NCBI GenBank assembly: GCA_951406725.2
Contig: OX597816.1
Span: forward strand, 111,414,001-111,478,000
DNA length: 64,000 nucleotides
Direction of reading: 5' to 3'
DNA from: Octopus vulgaris
Lineage: Eukaryota
The translations under genes and the position numbers were made by a program. Positions within the stretch are counted from its first letter, which is position 1. Every line of letters begins with the position of its first letter. The notes under the pieces were generated by a model that saw nothing but the letters and a program-made list of their open reading frames with translations, did no database searches and was not told the DNA's origin. Positions 63,362 through 64,000 of the stretch are shown in pieces.

Positions 63362-63678
63362 TAGGGTGGAGTGAAAATTTATAAATTGTAGAAATTGAAA
63401 ATGCCTGAGGCCTAAAATCTTACTATGTATGATTACTAGAAAAATGCAAAATTTTTGCTTAGATCAGTCAAGAGTATTTACTCCCTCAAACCCCACAAAT
63501 TCCACTCTTGTAAAAAGTTTACAAAAATGCTCCGTTTTCAGAATTTAGTGGGGCTTGAGGGAATAAATGCCTTCAATTGATCTCAACGAAAAGTTAGCAT
63601 TTTTCTAGTAATTAAATATAAAAATATTTTAGTTCTCAGGCATTTTCAATTTTACAATTTAAAAAATGTTTCACTCCG
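63362..63678. mobile_element. Second copy of the same MITE, inverted orientation
   Basis: Reverse-complement match to 63006-63325. Confidence 0.85.
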
Positions 63679-63729
63679 ATCATTGGCTTATCTGTAGTTG
63701 GTAAAAGAAAACTGGTCAAACGTTCATAG

Positions 63730-63764
<35 letters not shown>

Positions 63765-63776
63765 GTACATATATAT

Positions 63777-63823
<47 letters not shown>

Positions 63824-64000
63824 CATACATATGATAATTGTACATATGTATGCATGCGTTTTTTATTCCACCAGTTTATATTCCACTCAGTTGACGATTC
63901 ATATATTGTGGATACTTGGTGGCACACCAGTGCTAGTGCCATCTTTTAAGATGTTGGCATTAGAAAGGACATCTAACTGTAGACATAGAACCTGGCAGAG

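Overview
AT-rich animal genomic DNA made almost entirely of repeats. The (TA)n/(TG)n/(TATG)n microsatellite load and the SINE families suggest a coleoid cephalopod (Octopus-like); this is an inference. No host gene can be called with confidence, and there is one weak candidate terminal exon (54898-55076, minus). Most ORFs in the track are microsatellite read-throughs or antisense shadows of transposons. Recognisable content: a decayed Gypsy LTR element (9254-14017) with nested Tx1-type LINE, solo LTR and SINE insertions; RTE, CR1-group, RLE-type and Tx1 LINE fragments; a decayed Penelope-like element (RT + GIY-YIG); one full-length decayed mariner plus fragments; three non-autonomous Helitrons; piggyBac-, hAT- and TA-type MITEs; three tRNA-derived SINE families. 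The most notable signal is five short non-coding fold-back insertions from four unrelated sequence families. Each carries a minimal type I hammerhead-ribozyme motif, three have exact 12-bp target-site duplications, and one has a compensatory G3-C8 core. Coordinates were counted by eye, and the edges of decayed elements are approximate.
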